From an uncultured Gammaproteobacteria bacterium (GTDB taxonomy: Bacteria > Patescibacteriota > Microgenomatia > UBA12405), in the NCBI GenBank assembly GCA_964448705.1, contig CAYUZS010000001.1:114687-178686 (forward strand): a DNA stretch of 64,000 nt, written 5' to 3'. The position numbers and the translations under genes are program-made. Position 1 is the first letter of the stretch, and each line of letters opens with the position of its first letter. Positions 9,402 through 18,781 of the stretch are shown here, in pieces. The notes under the pieces are model-generated. The model saw only the letters and a list, made by a program, of their open reading frames with translations. It was not told the DNA's origin and made no database searches.

Positions 9402-11489
9402 TTAGAGTTGGTAGATGTGGGTATCACCTGATTCAAAAATAATTTTGGCACCGAGATTAGTGAAAGTTTGTTCATTAAGTTCGGCATATTTTTCCCGTTC
9501 CTTATCGCCGACAAAAATATATTTAACGGCATATTTTTGGAGTAAAGATTGAGCTTCTTTAGGATTATCCGACTCATATATTTTTTTAACATCAGATTCT
9601 CTGGCAGCAGGTTGGTCATAACCACCACGCCACAACCATTCATGGACAATCCAACCTTCAACAGTCGGGAGACCGGTAGCAACTGAAACCTGATTAAAGG
9701 TGGTGTAACTGTCTCCGACAGCTTCCAAAATCACCGACTGACCGGAAATATTGTTGTTAATCCAATTGACTGCCTCGAAGTTGTCGGGGTAATTATTCTT
9801 CAGAAAATTCAGTCCCCATAAACCTTGGTATTTTTCCAGAGTGTAATACGACTTTACTGCAAAGTAGGGATAAATCATGTGACTGACAAAAACAAGTACA
9901 AAAATAAGTTTTAGGGGTAAATATTTTTTAAGACGAATAAAAATATATCCGGAAACCAGGGAGTACATAATAAATGCCTGGTAAACAAGTTTAAACATAG
10001 TGTTGGCCCGACGATGCTCATAAATATAGATGTCTTTCAGATAACCGATTTCAGGGAGGATAATTAAAAGAGTAGCGGTGACGATAAGCGAAAAAACAAA
10101 AACGTCGGCAGATGAAAAATGAAAACGATGTTTTAAATTTCTGAAAAAAGAAGATAAAAACCAGATAACAAATGGCAGAGAAATTAACCAAAAACCACCG
10201 TACAAAACAAACAATTGATAGAAAGGACTATGGCTGTCGGCCAGACGTAAGCCCTGAACCATGGGAGTGAAATTAAGAGAGAAAGGTAAATTAAACAAAT
10301 ACCAGGTGATAATAACCAATAAGCCATGAAAGACGGTAGTAAATAAAGCATTCTTAAAATCTCGCAAAAGAAGAAGATTAAAAAAAGTAAAAACAGCAAA
10401 AACCAGACCGTAGACAGCGAAGTCCCAGGCGTTTGTCATATAGGCAACAGAAAGAAGAAATCCGGAAGAGATTACCAGAGGCCAATCGATTTCCTGACGG
10501 CGAAGACGGGCAAAAGAAAATGATAAAGAAAAAAGAAGAGCCAGATAAAGTAGGACATTAGGAATGTCGTTCATGTGACCGTGAAGATCGGCGACGACAA
10601 AACTATAAATCGGAAATTCGTGAATAGTTTTGTCCTGAATATCGGGATCGTAGCCAATAAATCTGGTAGCATCGGGGTACCAATACATTTTAGCAGCGGT
10701 GGAAATTGCTTTTGGACTTAAAACCAAACTACCTTCATTTTGAATATCCAATTTTGCTATTTTATAAATTGAATGTAAATTTCCACCGAAGGTTAATAAC
10801 AGCGCCGAGAACAAACCGGCAACAATTATGGCTTTGAAATTTGTTTTTTTTAAAAAATTTGCGACTAAATTTGAAGACAAAGAAAAAGTTAAAGCAAAAG
10901 TTAAAGAACAGGTGGAGGCGATCGCCAAATTGTAAGTGATGGCCGAGGAAATACCGGAGAGCTTGGTGAGAACGGCAGTCATTAAATGGCCGAAATAATA
11001 ATAGTTGATCGGTGAGCCGGAGTACCACATATCGACCGGAGGCAGATATTGACTTCTGAGAGCCGAATTAACAAAACCCCAATCCATAAACTTTTCCAAG
11101 CCTTCAATATCCGGAGCATAACCACGGATAAAAGACCAAGCGATTAAGACCACCAGGAAAATTATTTCTTCAACAATGAAATATTTTTTATTTTTTCGGA
11201 GAAGATTTATGAAGTCTTTGAAATTATCGGAACGACGAAGATAAATAAAATCTAAAATCAGAAAAAATATTATGATCAGCAAAAGCGAAGTAATAGTAAA
11301 AGGAAGTAAACGAAATACACCCAAAACAAAAATAACATAAGTTAAAATGATGAGGGAAATTACTTTGGAAAAAAGATAACCCTTGTCCCAAAATTTTTTG
11401 AAAATCGAAAAGGTTAGAGGGAGGGCAATCGAGCCAACGACAAAAAACGTTGACCACCACAAAATAATATATTTAAAATCTGAAAACAT
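9402..11489 (-). CDS. large polytopic membrane protein, DUF2298 / Chlor_Arch_YYY-type
   Basis: 695 aa with about 14 predicted TM segments, an INYYYFGH 'YYY' motif in a loop and a C-terminal soluble domain. This family co-occurs with GT-C transferases. Confidence 0.5.
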   Translation of the reverse strand: MFSDFKYIILWWSTFFVVGSIALPLTFSIFKKFWDKGYLFSKVISLIILTYVIFVLGVFRLLPFTITSLLLIIIFFLILDFIYLRRSDNFKDFINLLRKNKKYFIVEEIIFLVVLIAWSFIRGYAPDIEGLEKFMDWGFVNSALRSQYLPPVDMWYSGSPINYYYFGHLMTAVLTKLSGISSAITYNLAIASTCSLTFALTFSLSSNLVANFLKKTNFKAIIVAGLFSALLLTFGGNLHSIYKIAKLDIQNEGSLVLSPKAISTAAKMYWYPDATRFIGYDPDIQDKTIHEFPIYSFVVADLHGHMNDIPNVLLYLALLFSLSFSFARLRRQEIDWPLVISSGFLLSVAYMTNAWDFAVYGLVFAVFTFFNLLLLRDFKNALFTTVFHGLLVIITWYLFNLPFSLNFTPMVQGLRLADSHSPFYQLFVLYGGFWLISLPFVIWFLSSFFRNLKHRFHFSSADVFVFSLIVTATLLIILPEIGYLKDIYIYEHRRANTMFKLVYQAFIMYSLVSGYIFIRLKKYLPLKLIFVLVFVSHMIYPYFAVKSYYTLEKYQGLWGLNFLKNNYPDNFEAVNWINNNISGQSVILEAVGDSYTTFNQVSVATGLPTVEGWIVHEWLWRGGYDQPAARESDVKKIYESDNPKEAQSLLQKYAVKYIFVGDKEREKYAELNEQTFTNLGAKIIFESGDTHIYQL

Positions 11490-11492
11490 AAT

Positions 11493-13010
11493 TTAATAAA
11501 ACTCCCCTATTATAAAAGCAGGTGAACCATTTGGATAGTTTATGATTTTATGAGATACAAATTTCCGACCGGGAAGATATTCGGGGTAATCACGTAAAGT
11601 ATCCGGAGTGATGGCAAAAAGCTGACTTTTACGGGAATCATAATCATTAGTACCGCAAATTTGACATTTGTCCTGACAATAATTGTCAGGATCATAAAAC
11701 TTAAGAAAAATATCAGGAGAATTAAAAGCACCTTCAAGACATAATTGCTGATAAGAATCTTTGTTTTGTAAAAAATAGTTCATTACCGGTTTAGCGCCGT
11801 ACTGCCAACCCCAAAAATCCGAAGAGTACTGAGGATATTTTTCCAAAAGACGGGAGAAATTTAAAACCGATAAAAACATAATAGTAAAAAATATAAATAA
11901 AATTATATTTTTAATTTTAAATTTTTGGGCGTAATCGAGCAGATAAACAAGACCAACTGCGCAAGCAATTTGGAAAGGGACGACACCGATAACCGATCGG
12001 GTAGCCTGGGGGTTAACCTGAGTAAAGATAGTACCAAGAGGATAAATTAGGAGGAAAAAGACAATAAATAAGAGAGATTTATTTTTTTTATATGAGGTGA
12101 TGGTTTTAAACAAAAAAGAAACCAACAAAGGCAGTTGAAACCAATAAAGTTGACCTAAACCTCGAACTGAATGACGGGTAATAAACTGGCCGGGAAAATC
12201 GATATCCCCTTTTTGAAAAAGAAACTCAAGAGAAAAATGATTGAGATATGAATTAAAAATTTCCGAATAAGCCAGAGGTTCTTTGGTAACCTGGTGCCAT
12301 CTGGAGAAAAAAGAGCCGTCAACAAGCGAGCTGCGAAGTAACAAAAACATCACCAGAAGTGAAGTAAAATTAGTGAGCCAAAACAGAGGTTTTTTGATGA
12401 TCGGCGACAAAGAAGAAAAATGAGTAAGAAAAAACAGTAAAACCAGAACCGGCAAGTAAAGTTTGGGAGTTGTGTAACTTAAAAAAGCGATCATCAAAGA
12501 AACAGCCGCCAGAGGATAAAAAACCAGGTTTTTAATACTTTTTTCCAGCAGATAGAGAGACAACACCACCCAAAAGACAGAAGCAATTAATTCAAAACCG
12601 ACCCGACTAAAAAGAATATGCCACGGAGAAACTGATAAAAATAATGCCGAAAGGATGGCTGTCGGAAAACCAAACAATTCCCGGACGTAAAAAAAGATAA
12701 CAAGAATAGTTAAAAGACCGTAAATTACCGAAACTAAACGCAGCGAATATTCACTTAAACCAAAAAGTCCAACAATAGGTGCCGCCGAATAAATATAAAC
12801 CGGATTTTTATAGTCATCAAAAGAACGAAAAAATAGCGGAAAAGTATTTCCAAAACTATCTTTACCGGTTTGCCACAAATTATATGCTTCATACCCAATC
12901 GAGGCTTCGTCACAAAAAAATCCGGCCGGATTTTTGGAAAGTCCGGTTAGACGAAAAAAACATCCCAGCAGCAAAACAAGAATTAATAACCATCCTTTTT
13001 TGAAAGGCAT
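11493..13010 (-). CDS. GT-C glycosyltransferase, family 39/83-like (ArnT/PMT-type)
   Basis: 505 aa, polytopic. The first periplasmic loop carries FFCDEASIGYEAYNL, the DE..Y catalytic motif of ArnT/PMT enzymes. Confidence 0.65.
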   Translation of the reverse strand: MPFKKGWLLILVLLLGCFFRLTGLSKNPAGFFCDEASIGYEAYNLWQTGKDSFGNTFPLFFRSFDDYKNPVYIYSAAPIVGLFGLSEYSLRLVSVIYGLLTILVIFFYVRELFGFPTAILSALFLSVSPWHILFSRVGFELIASVFWVVLSLYLLEKSIKNLVFYPLAAVSLMIAFLSYTTPKLYLPVLVLLFFLTHFSSLSPIIKKPLFWLTNFTSLLVMFLLLRSSLVDGSFFSRWHQVTKEPLAYSEIFNSYLNHFSLEFLFQKGDIDFPGQFITRHSVRGLGQLYWFQLPLLVSFLFKTITSYKKNKSLLFIVFFLLIYPLGTIFTQVNPQATRSVIGVVPFQIACAVGLVYLLDYAQKFKIKNIILFIFFTIMFLSVLNFSRLLEKYPQYSSDFWGWQYGAKPVMNYFLQNKDSYQQLCLEGAFNSPDIFLKFYDPDNYCQDKCQICGTNDYDSRKSQLFAITPDTLRDYPEYLPGRKFVSHKIINYPNGSPAFIIGEFY

Positions 13011-13580
13011 TTATTTTATAAAAAAAACGAAGTTAAAAATTAGACGAATAATGTCCGTCCAAGCGGAAGGAAAGTAAACCAGACTCGATAAAAACCAAAT
13101 TAGGATTCCCAGAATCAGTCCTCCGTAAATATCGATTGGGTAGTGAAAACCTACCAAAACTCTAAATGAAAGCAGGGGAACAACAACTAAAAGATAGATA
13201 TATGGAGACATTACTCCCGAAGTAACTACAAATAAGAAAAAGAAAACTGCCTTAACGGTGTGACCTGAGGGAAAACTACCTGATTTATACCAACTATCGA
13301 CTAAACCGGCGGGAGTACTGTCGTGACGGACAAACATTGGCCGGCGCCAATAAATTTTCGATTTGATTACCCTTTCAACGATTTCGGAAAGAATGCTGGC
13401 AATTAAAATCTGCCAAAAATAATTAGTTTTCTCTCTGATTAACAAAAATGAAATAAAGAAAAGAAAAACCCAAATCAAATAATTTAAAAAAATAAGCACC
13501 GGTTTAAGATATTCACGTTGAGTGAATAATCGAAGATAATCAGTCTTCGGCTGCCAAAAAAATAATTTTGATTTTCTCAT
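13011..13580 (-). CDS. PAP2-family lipid phosphate phosphatase
   Basis: All three PAP2 motifs are present: KIYWRRP (KX6RP), SFPSGH (PSGH) and SFRVLVGFHYPIDI (SRX5HX3D). Confidence 0.8.
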   Translation of the reverse strand: MRKSKLFFWQPKTDYLRLFTQREYLKPVLIFLNYLIWVFLFFISFLLIREKTNYFWQILIASILSEIVERVIKSKIYWRRPMFVRHDSTPAGLVDSWYKSGSFPSGHTVKAVFFFLFVVTSGVMSPYIYLLVVVPLLSFRVLVGFHYPIDIYGGLILGILIWFLSSLVYFPSAWTDIIRLIFNFVFFIK

Positions 13581-13596
13581 GATAAAGTAACTTTAT

Positions 13597-14685
13597 ATGT
13601 ATAAAAAGAAAGTACTTTTTGGGATAACCTATTATTTACCCAATATTTCCGGAGTGACCCAGTATGCAGTAATTTTAGCTGAGGAATTAGCAAAAAGAAA
13701 ATACCTGGTGGAAGTTTTATCCGCCAAATTCAAAAAAGAATTGGATGAAGAAAAGATGATTAATGAGGTGAAGGTAATCAGAGTGAAAGGCTTTGGTCTG
13801 GGAAAAGGATTTATTATGCCCTACTATTGGATAGAATCATTAAAAAGAGTCCGGGAAAATGAGGTTATCGTCTGCCATTTACCGTCGATTGAATCTTTTT
13901 GGCTGGCGTTGTGGGGAAAATTGTTTCACAAAAAAGTTATTATTATCCATCATTGTGAATTTTCATTTTCGGGAACAGTTACAAATAAAATAATTGCAGG
14001 TCTCAGTTTTCCAATTCACCTGTTTACCTATGCAATGGCCGATAAAATCACAGCCTATACCAAGGACTATGCTCAGCACTCGACCTTTTTAAGAATGTTT
14101 AAAAATAAAATTGAATACATATTACCGCCAATCAAAATAGAGGAAACAGATAAAAAATTCAATTTAGGAAAAGAAAAAATTGTTGGATTCGTGGGTAGAA
14201 TCGGTTGGGAGAAAGGTTTGGTATTCCTGATTGAAGCCATGAAAAAAATCGAGGCCAAACTGGTTTTGGCCGGACCATATCAGGAGGTGGTTGGTGACAA
14301 AACATATGAAAAATTAAAAAAAATTATTGACAAGAAAATAATCTTTTATGGGCCGATAAATCATAAAGATCTGAAAGGTTTTTATAACCAATGCGACTGT
14401 TTGGTTCTTCCCAGCATTAATAATTTGGAAACATTCGGAATTGTTCAGGCGGAGGCAATGAAATGCGGAGTCCCGGTGGTGGCTTCCAATTTACCAGGGG
14501 TAAGAGTTCCGGTAAAAATGACCGGAATGGGGGAAATTTGTAAAATTGAAAACAGTCAAGATTTAGCCGAAAAAATCAATTTAGTTTTAAAAAGAGGCAA
14601 AAAATATTATCAAAACAGAGCCAAAAACCTGGAAGATTTCAGCTATCTTAAAACTGTTGATGCTTTTGAAAGATCAATACTTTAG
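13597..14685 (+). CDS. glycosyltransferase family 4 (GT-B, retaining)
   Basis: C-terminal ETFGIVQAEAMKCGVPVVASNLPGV matches the EX7E/GT4 nucleotide-sugar binding motif. 362 aa. It is the only plus-strand gene inside the minus-strand glycosylation block. Confidence 0.8.
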   Translation: MYKKKVLFGITYYLPNISGVTQYAVILAEELAKRKYLVEVLSAKFKKELDEEKMINEVKVIRVKGFGLGKGFIMPYYWIESLKRVRENEVIVCHLPSIESFWLALWGKLFHKKVIIIHHCEFSFSGTVTNKIIAGLSFPIHLFTYAMADKITAYTKDYAQHSTFLRMFKNKIEYILPPIKIEETDKKFNLGKEKIVGFVGRIGWEKGLVFLIEAMKKIEAKLVLAGPYQEVVGDKTYEKLKKIIDKKIIFYGPINHKDLKGFYNQCDCLVLPSINNLETFGIVQAEAMKCGVPVVASNLPGVRVPVKMTGMGEICKIENSQDLAEKINLVLKRGKKYYQNRAKNLEDFSYLKTVDAFERSIL

Positions 14686-16345
14686 GGTGGTCGTAGACAG
14701 TAAAACTTTCCTCGGCAATATCGTCGCGAAAATAAATACCGGGATAATTACAGGAGTCATCTTTGGAAAACCAAGAATTGCTACCACCCGGATAGTTGGT
14801 TGGACCAAGGAAGTAACAGGCTTTCAAAAAAGACAAACTGAAACCCGGATAAGAATTTATTTCTATTAGTTTTTGGAAATCGGAAGTACCGTCAAAAAGA
14901 CGACGATAAAATTTTGAAGTCACCGGATAAAGATCGGTGAGACGGGGAATCGAACCCCAAAGACGATTAGAAGACATAATCAGATACTGCGCCTGGCCGA
15001 GCTGATTCTGAATTACCGGCCATTTAGTCTCTGAGGAATCGGGATCGTAAAGACTTAACATCAGACCATGATAAATATTCGGATCAAGATGAGGGAGATA
15101 AAACGGAAGCGGATCATCCCAATTTTCGTTGGTAATCACCGAACCGGCAGGAAGATGTTCATAAATCCAGTAAGCAGCCTGAACCCGGGAGTTGGGGTGA
15201 AAATAAATATTTAAAAAGGCTAAAGTAAAAAATGATTGGATCAAAATAAGTATTTTAAAAAAACGCGGGTTTAAGTTTTGACAAAGAGAAACCGAAATTA
15301 AGACTATAAAAGGATAAATCGGCAAAAAATATCGTACGTTGTGGGTAAACTGTGAACCCTGAAAAATAAATAACACAAAAATCCAAAACAAAATAATTAT
15401 TTGTAAATTAAATTTCCGGCGGATTTTGAAAAGTGAAAAAACAAAAAAGATAAACAACGGCAGACCTAATCCGAAAAGAGCAATATTTTCCAGCGAATGG
15501 AATAAAGGTAGACGATTAAACCATTGGATTGACGGAGGGAAAAAACTGTTCGGACTGCTCATCTCTTTTAAAGAGAGAAGGCTGGAAACAAATTTGGGAT
15601 TGGGAGTTAATAATCCGGTAAATGAATACGGTTGTAAAATTCTAAAAGCCAAAAAACTAACAAGAGCAAAAATAAAAGCATGAAAAATAGTTTTTAAAAA
15701 ATGAGAGGACCGGCGATAGTGGTAGAAAAACAAAAGTAAAATGATTGGGGATAAATAAACAGCTGACATTTTAGACGCCAGAGCCATGCCGAAAAACACC
15801 CCGGCAAGAGGGAAAAAACCATAAGTCAGTGAGACAAAAGTGGCCAAAAGAAAAGTGTTTAAGAAAGTATCAGTGGCATAGAAATGGGAAAGCTGAAGAG
15901 GAAGGACAGTGAGACCATAAAGGAGAGAGGGAATAAAACGCAAAAAAGGTTTTTTGATAATTTTTCTGGCCAGAAAATAAAGTAGTAAAACATTAAAGGA
16001 ATCAAAGAGAGCCGATAGTCCCCGGCCGAGAAGATGGATGGTTCCATAACTATCAAGATTAAAAGCGACTGCGGCAATTTTGGTTAAAAATATCGGAAAA
16101 GTGCCATAAACAAAAAACTGATAACTGGGATGATTAAACGGATTTAGAGGAGAGGCGGCAGTGTCGAAATACTGAAACAAACTATTGGGCAACTTGATGT
16201 CATTGGTAACCATCGTCAAAAAACGTTCATCAGGGTGTAAATGTTGCCCCTGATCCCAATTTAAACCAAGAATCCGGAGACTAAAAGAAAAAATAAATAT
16301 AAACAAAAGAATGAAAAAGGTTTTAGTTTTGGAAAAGTTGTTCAT
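14648..16345 (-). CDS. GT-C superfamily membrane glycosyltransferase ('HPDE' type)
   Basis: Polytopic. The first-loop motif HLHPDERFL is paralogous to the next gene. The track ORF 14648..16402 would overlap the upstream gene by 80 nt, so the internal Met start at 16345 is preferred. Confidence 0.5.
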   Translation of the reverse strand: MNNFSKTKTFFILLFIFIFSFSLRILGLNWDQGQHLHPDERFLTMVTNDIKLPNSLFQYFDTAASPLNPFNHPSYQFFVYGTFPIFLTKIAAVAFNLDSYGTIHLLGRGLSALFDSFNVLLLYFLARKIIKKPFLRFIPSLLYGLTVLPLQLSHFYATDTFLNTFLLATFVSLTYGFFPLAGVFFGMALASKMSAVYLSPIILLLFFYHYRRSSHFLKTIFHAFIFALVSFLAFRILQPYSFTGLLTPNPKFVSSLLSLKEMSSPNSFFPPSIQWFNRLPLFHSLENIALFGLGLPLFIFFVFSLFKIRRKFNLQIIILFWIFVLFIFQGSQFTHNVRYFLPIYPFIVLISVSLCQNLNPRFFKILILIQSFFTLAFLNIYFHPNSRVQAAYWIYEHLPAGSVITNENWDDPLPFYLPHLDPNIYHGLMLSLYDPDSSETKWPVIQNQLGQAQYLIMSSNRLWGSIPRLTDLYPVTSKFYRRLFDGTSDFQKLIEINSYPGFSLSFLKACYFLGPTNYPGGSNSWFSKDDSCNYPGIYFRDDIAEESFTVYDHPKVLIFQKHQQF

Positions 16346-17864
16346 ATTGATTAAGAGTACGCGGACTGGTTTTTTGATAAATTCTGATTGTCGGATGATC
16401 AAATACAGACCAGGTTTCTTCGGCGTTTTCGGAATTCAGAATAATGTCCGGGTTTTGACTGAATTCTTTAATTTTCGTAAAACCTAATAAATTATTAAAA
16501 AGAAGCCGATGGTAATCATAATTATAGTTTTTAAAAACGCGGCGTGAAGGAACAATTATATATTCGGAATTTTCTACCAACTTAACTACTTCGTCGGAAT
16601 GATAATTATAAAAATCATAATTTTTAACCCGGAGTTGGTTATCAAAAAGAGGAATATCGACAACGTTACCACCCTCAGAAAGAACCGGTGAATTTTCCGG
16701 GAGATTAGTGTTTAACCAACGACTGGCAGTAATCCGAATATCGGGATGGAGATATAAACTCTGGAAAAAATAAATACCGGGTAAACAGGAGACAAAAATA
16801 AAAAATATTTGTAAATATTTACTTTTTAAACGACTGATAAAATAAACGGTGAATAAGGGAAACAAAAAATATAAGGGTGACATAAAACGGGTCCATTTAA
16901 CGTACAATTGGCCAAAATACAGAAAATAGACTAAAGAAGGGAAAAGGATATAAACCCAAAGATTATTTTTTAAACGACGAGAGAATATATTAACAGCAAA
17001 GATAATTAACCCGATTAAACCGAACAGGAATTGCGGTAGTCCGGAAACATAGGGAAAGATACGTGTAAGCTGAAAAATATAAGGAGTAGTGCCGGAAAAT
17101 TGGGTGGTATAAAAAACTTTTAGCTGGCCGGAAGCTACTTCGGTTTCATATTTCATACTGGAAATAAAATCCGAAAATTGAAGAAGATTGTAGGGAGAAA
17201 AAGCAACAAAGGACAAAAGACAAACTAATAACATTAAAAATACTCCCAAAATCGGAAGTCGTTTTTTAGGAGATTTGAACAATAAAACAAAGGATGCCAA
17301 TAAAGGAGGCCCTAAAAAGATGAGAGAAGAAATTTTAGTAGCTATCCCAAGACCGCTAATAAGACCGGCTAATAAAAAAAACAGATATTTTTTTGGCTGA
17401 CTGACAATTTTTATGGACAAATAAATATTAGATAAAAAAACAAAGATCAAGAAACTCTCTGTCGTACCAAAGTGGGCCATTTGAATAAGTCCGGGATTAA
17501 AAATGGTTAAGAATGAAGCCGCTAATGAAAATTTTTGGCTGAATAAATGTCGGGAAATATAATAAACCAATAAGATAGAAGCAACGGAAAATATCGCTGA
17601 CCAAAAACGTAAAACAAAAACGGCATTATTAAAACTTGTGGCCACAGAAAGAGCCTTGAGAGTAAAAAAACCTAAATATAGGGGAAATTGGCCATAAGCA
17701 AAAAAATGAGGATTAAGATCCCCTATCTGTAGGCGGGAAACAGCACTAGCCATATTATTTTCATCCGGATGAAAATAAAAACCGCCACCCCAAGCTAAAC
17801 CGACAAACCTAGTTAAAAAGGCACAAATAAAAAGGATGACAAATAAAGAAGACTTAGAGAACAT
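16323..17864 (-). CDS. GT-C superfamily membrane glycosyltransferase ('HPDE' type), paralog
   Basis: 513 aa, about 12 TM segments. The first-loop motif GGGFYFHPDENNMAS is shared with the 14648 gene. Confidence 0.5.
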   Translation of the reverse strand: MFSKSSLFVILFICAFLTRFVGLAWGGGFYFHPDENNMASAVSRLQIGDLNPHFFAYGQFPLYLGFFTLKALSVATSFNNAVFVLRFWSAIFSVASILLVYYISRHLFSQKFSLAASFLTIFNPGLIQMAHFGTTESFLIFVFLSNIYLSIKIVSQPKKYLFFLLAGLISGLGIATKISSLIFLGPPLLASFVLLFKSPKKRLPILGVFLMLLVCLLSFVAFSPYNLLQFSDFISSMKYETEVASGQLKVFYTTQFSGTTPYIFQLTRIFPYVSGLPQFLFGLIGLIIFAVNIFSRRLKNNLWVYILFPSLVYFLYFGQLYVKWTRFMSPLYFLFPLFTVYFISRLKSKYLQIFFIFVSCLPGIYFFQSLYLHPDIRITASRWLNTNLPENSPVLSEGGNVVDIPLFDNQLRVKNYDFYNYHSDEVVKLVENSEYIIVPSRRVFKNYNYDYHRLLFNNLLGFTKIKEFSQNPDIILNSENAEETWSVFDHPTIRIYQKTSPRTLNQYEQLFQN

Positions 17865-18777
17865 AGATAATAGTGATGATCATTAGCCCCCACGAAACAA
17901 CTGACAATAACAGGGGGATATCTGTGGCAATAGTTCTTTCCGGACGCTCCCCTTCCTGCATTTCAAAAATAATCTGACCATACCTCATAATTCCGTAAAT
18001 AACCGGCACGATTGTTACCATGTACCATTTTCGGTCCAACGCAGAAGGAAAGTTTTCTAGAAGATAATTGCTAATGACACCCTCAAAACGAACTTTTTCT
18101 TCAAAAAAAGTAAACATGGAATAAGTCAATAAAGTACAAACTGCAAACATGGTGGTATAAAAATTGAGCAAGGCTTTGCCATAACCGGTCATGGCCGATC
18201 TGGTTTTAGTGCCGGTATTGAAAAGTTCACTGCGGCGTTTTCCACTGGCAATAAAGAGTGATAAGAAAATAACCGTCAACATGATCCAAACGGGAAGATG
18301 ATAACCGGTAGCAATTTCTCCGGCGTAAGCCCGGATAATGAAAAATAAAGAGATGCCGATAATATCAAAAACCGCTTTCTTTTTGAAAATAAATGAATAT
18401 GAATACTGCAATAAAATAAAAACAAAAGAAATTAAAAAGAATCCGGAGTTTACCATCAGCGATATACCCAATCCGGAAAATAAAAGGACAAATACCATAA
18501 TTACGGCCGTATTTACGGATATATCACCATGAGCCAGAGGACGAAACTTTTTAAAAGGATGCTGTTGATCTTTTTTAATATCCAAAAGATCGTTTACCAG
18601 ATATGAGGAAGATGAGAGCAGACAAAAAGTGATGAAAGCCATAAAACTCTGCGAGAAAATTTCGGGGTCAAACAGTTTACCGTTAAGAATAGCAGCAGCA
18701 AAAAGACTGAAGTTTTTAATCCATTGATTTGGACGAAGAGATTTAAATAAGGAAACGAATTTAGTTTTTTTTTCCAT
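17854..18777 (-). CDS. UbiA-family prenyltransferase, decaprenyl-phosphate phosphoribosyltransferase (DPPR synthase)-like
   Basis: RPNQWIKNFSLF plus NDLLDIKKDQQHPFKKFRP (the NDxxDxxxD UbiA motif followed by 'HP.K..RP', as in Rv3806c-like enzymes). 307 aa, about 8 TM segments. Confidence 0.7.
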   Translation of the reverse strand: MEKKTKFVSLFKSLRPNQWIKNFSLFAAAILNGKLFDPEIFSQSFMAFITFCLLSSSSYLVNDLLDIKKDQQHPFKKFRPLAHGDISVNTAVIMVFVLLFSGLGISLMVNSGFFLISFVFILLQYSYSFIFKKKAVFDIIGISLFFIIRAYAGEIATGYHLPVWIMLTVIFLSLFIASGKRRSELFNTGTKTRSAMTGYGKALLNFYTTMFAVCTLLTYSMFTFFEEKVRFEGVISNYLLENFPSALDRKWYMVTIVPVIYGIMRYGQIIFEMQEGERPERTIATDIPLLLSVVSWGLMIITIIYVL

Positions 18778-18781
18778 TACT

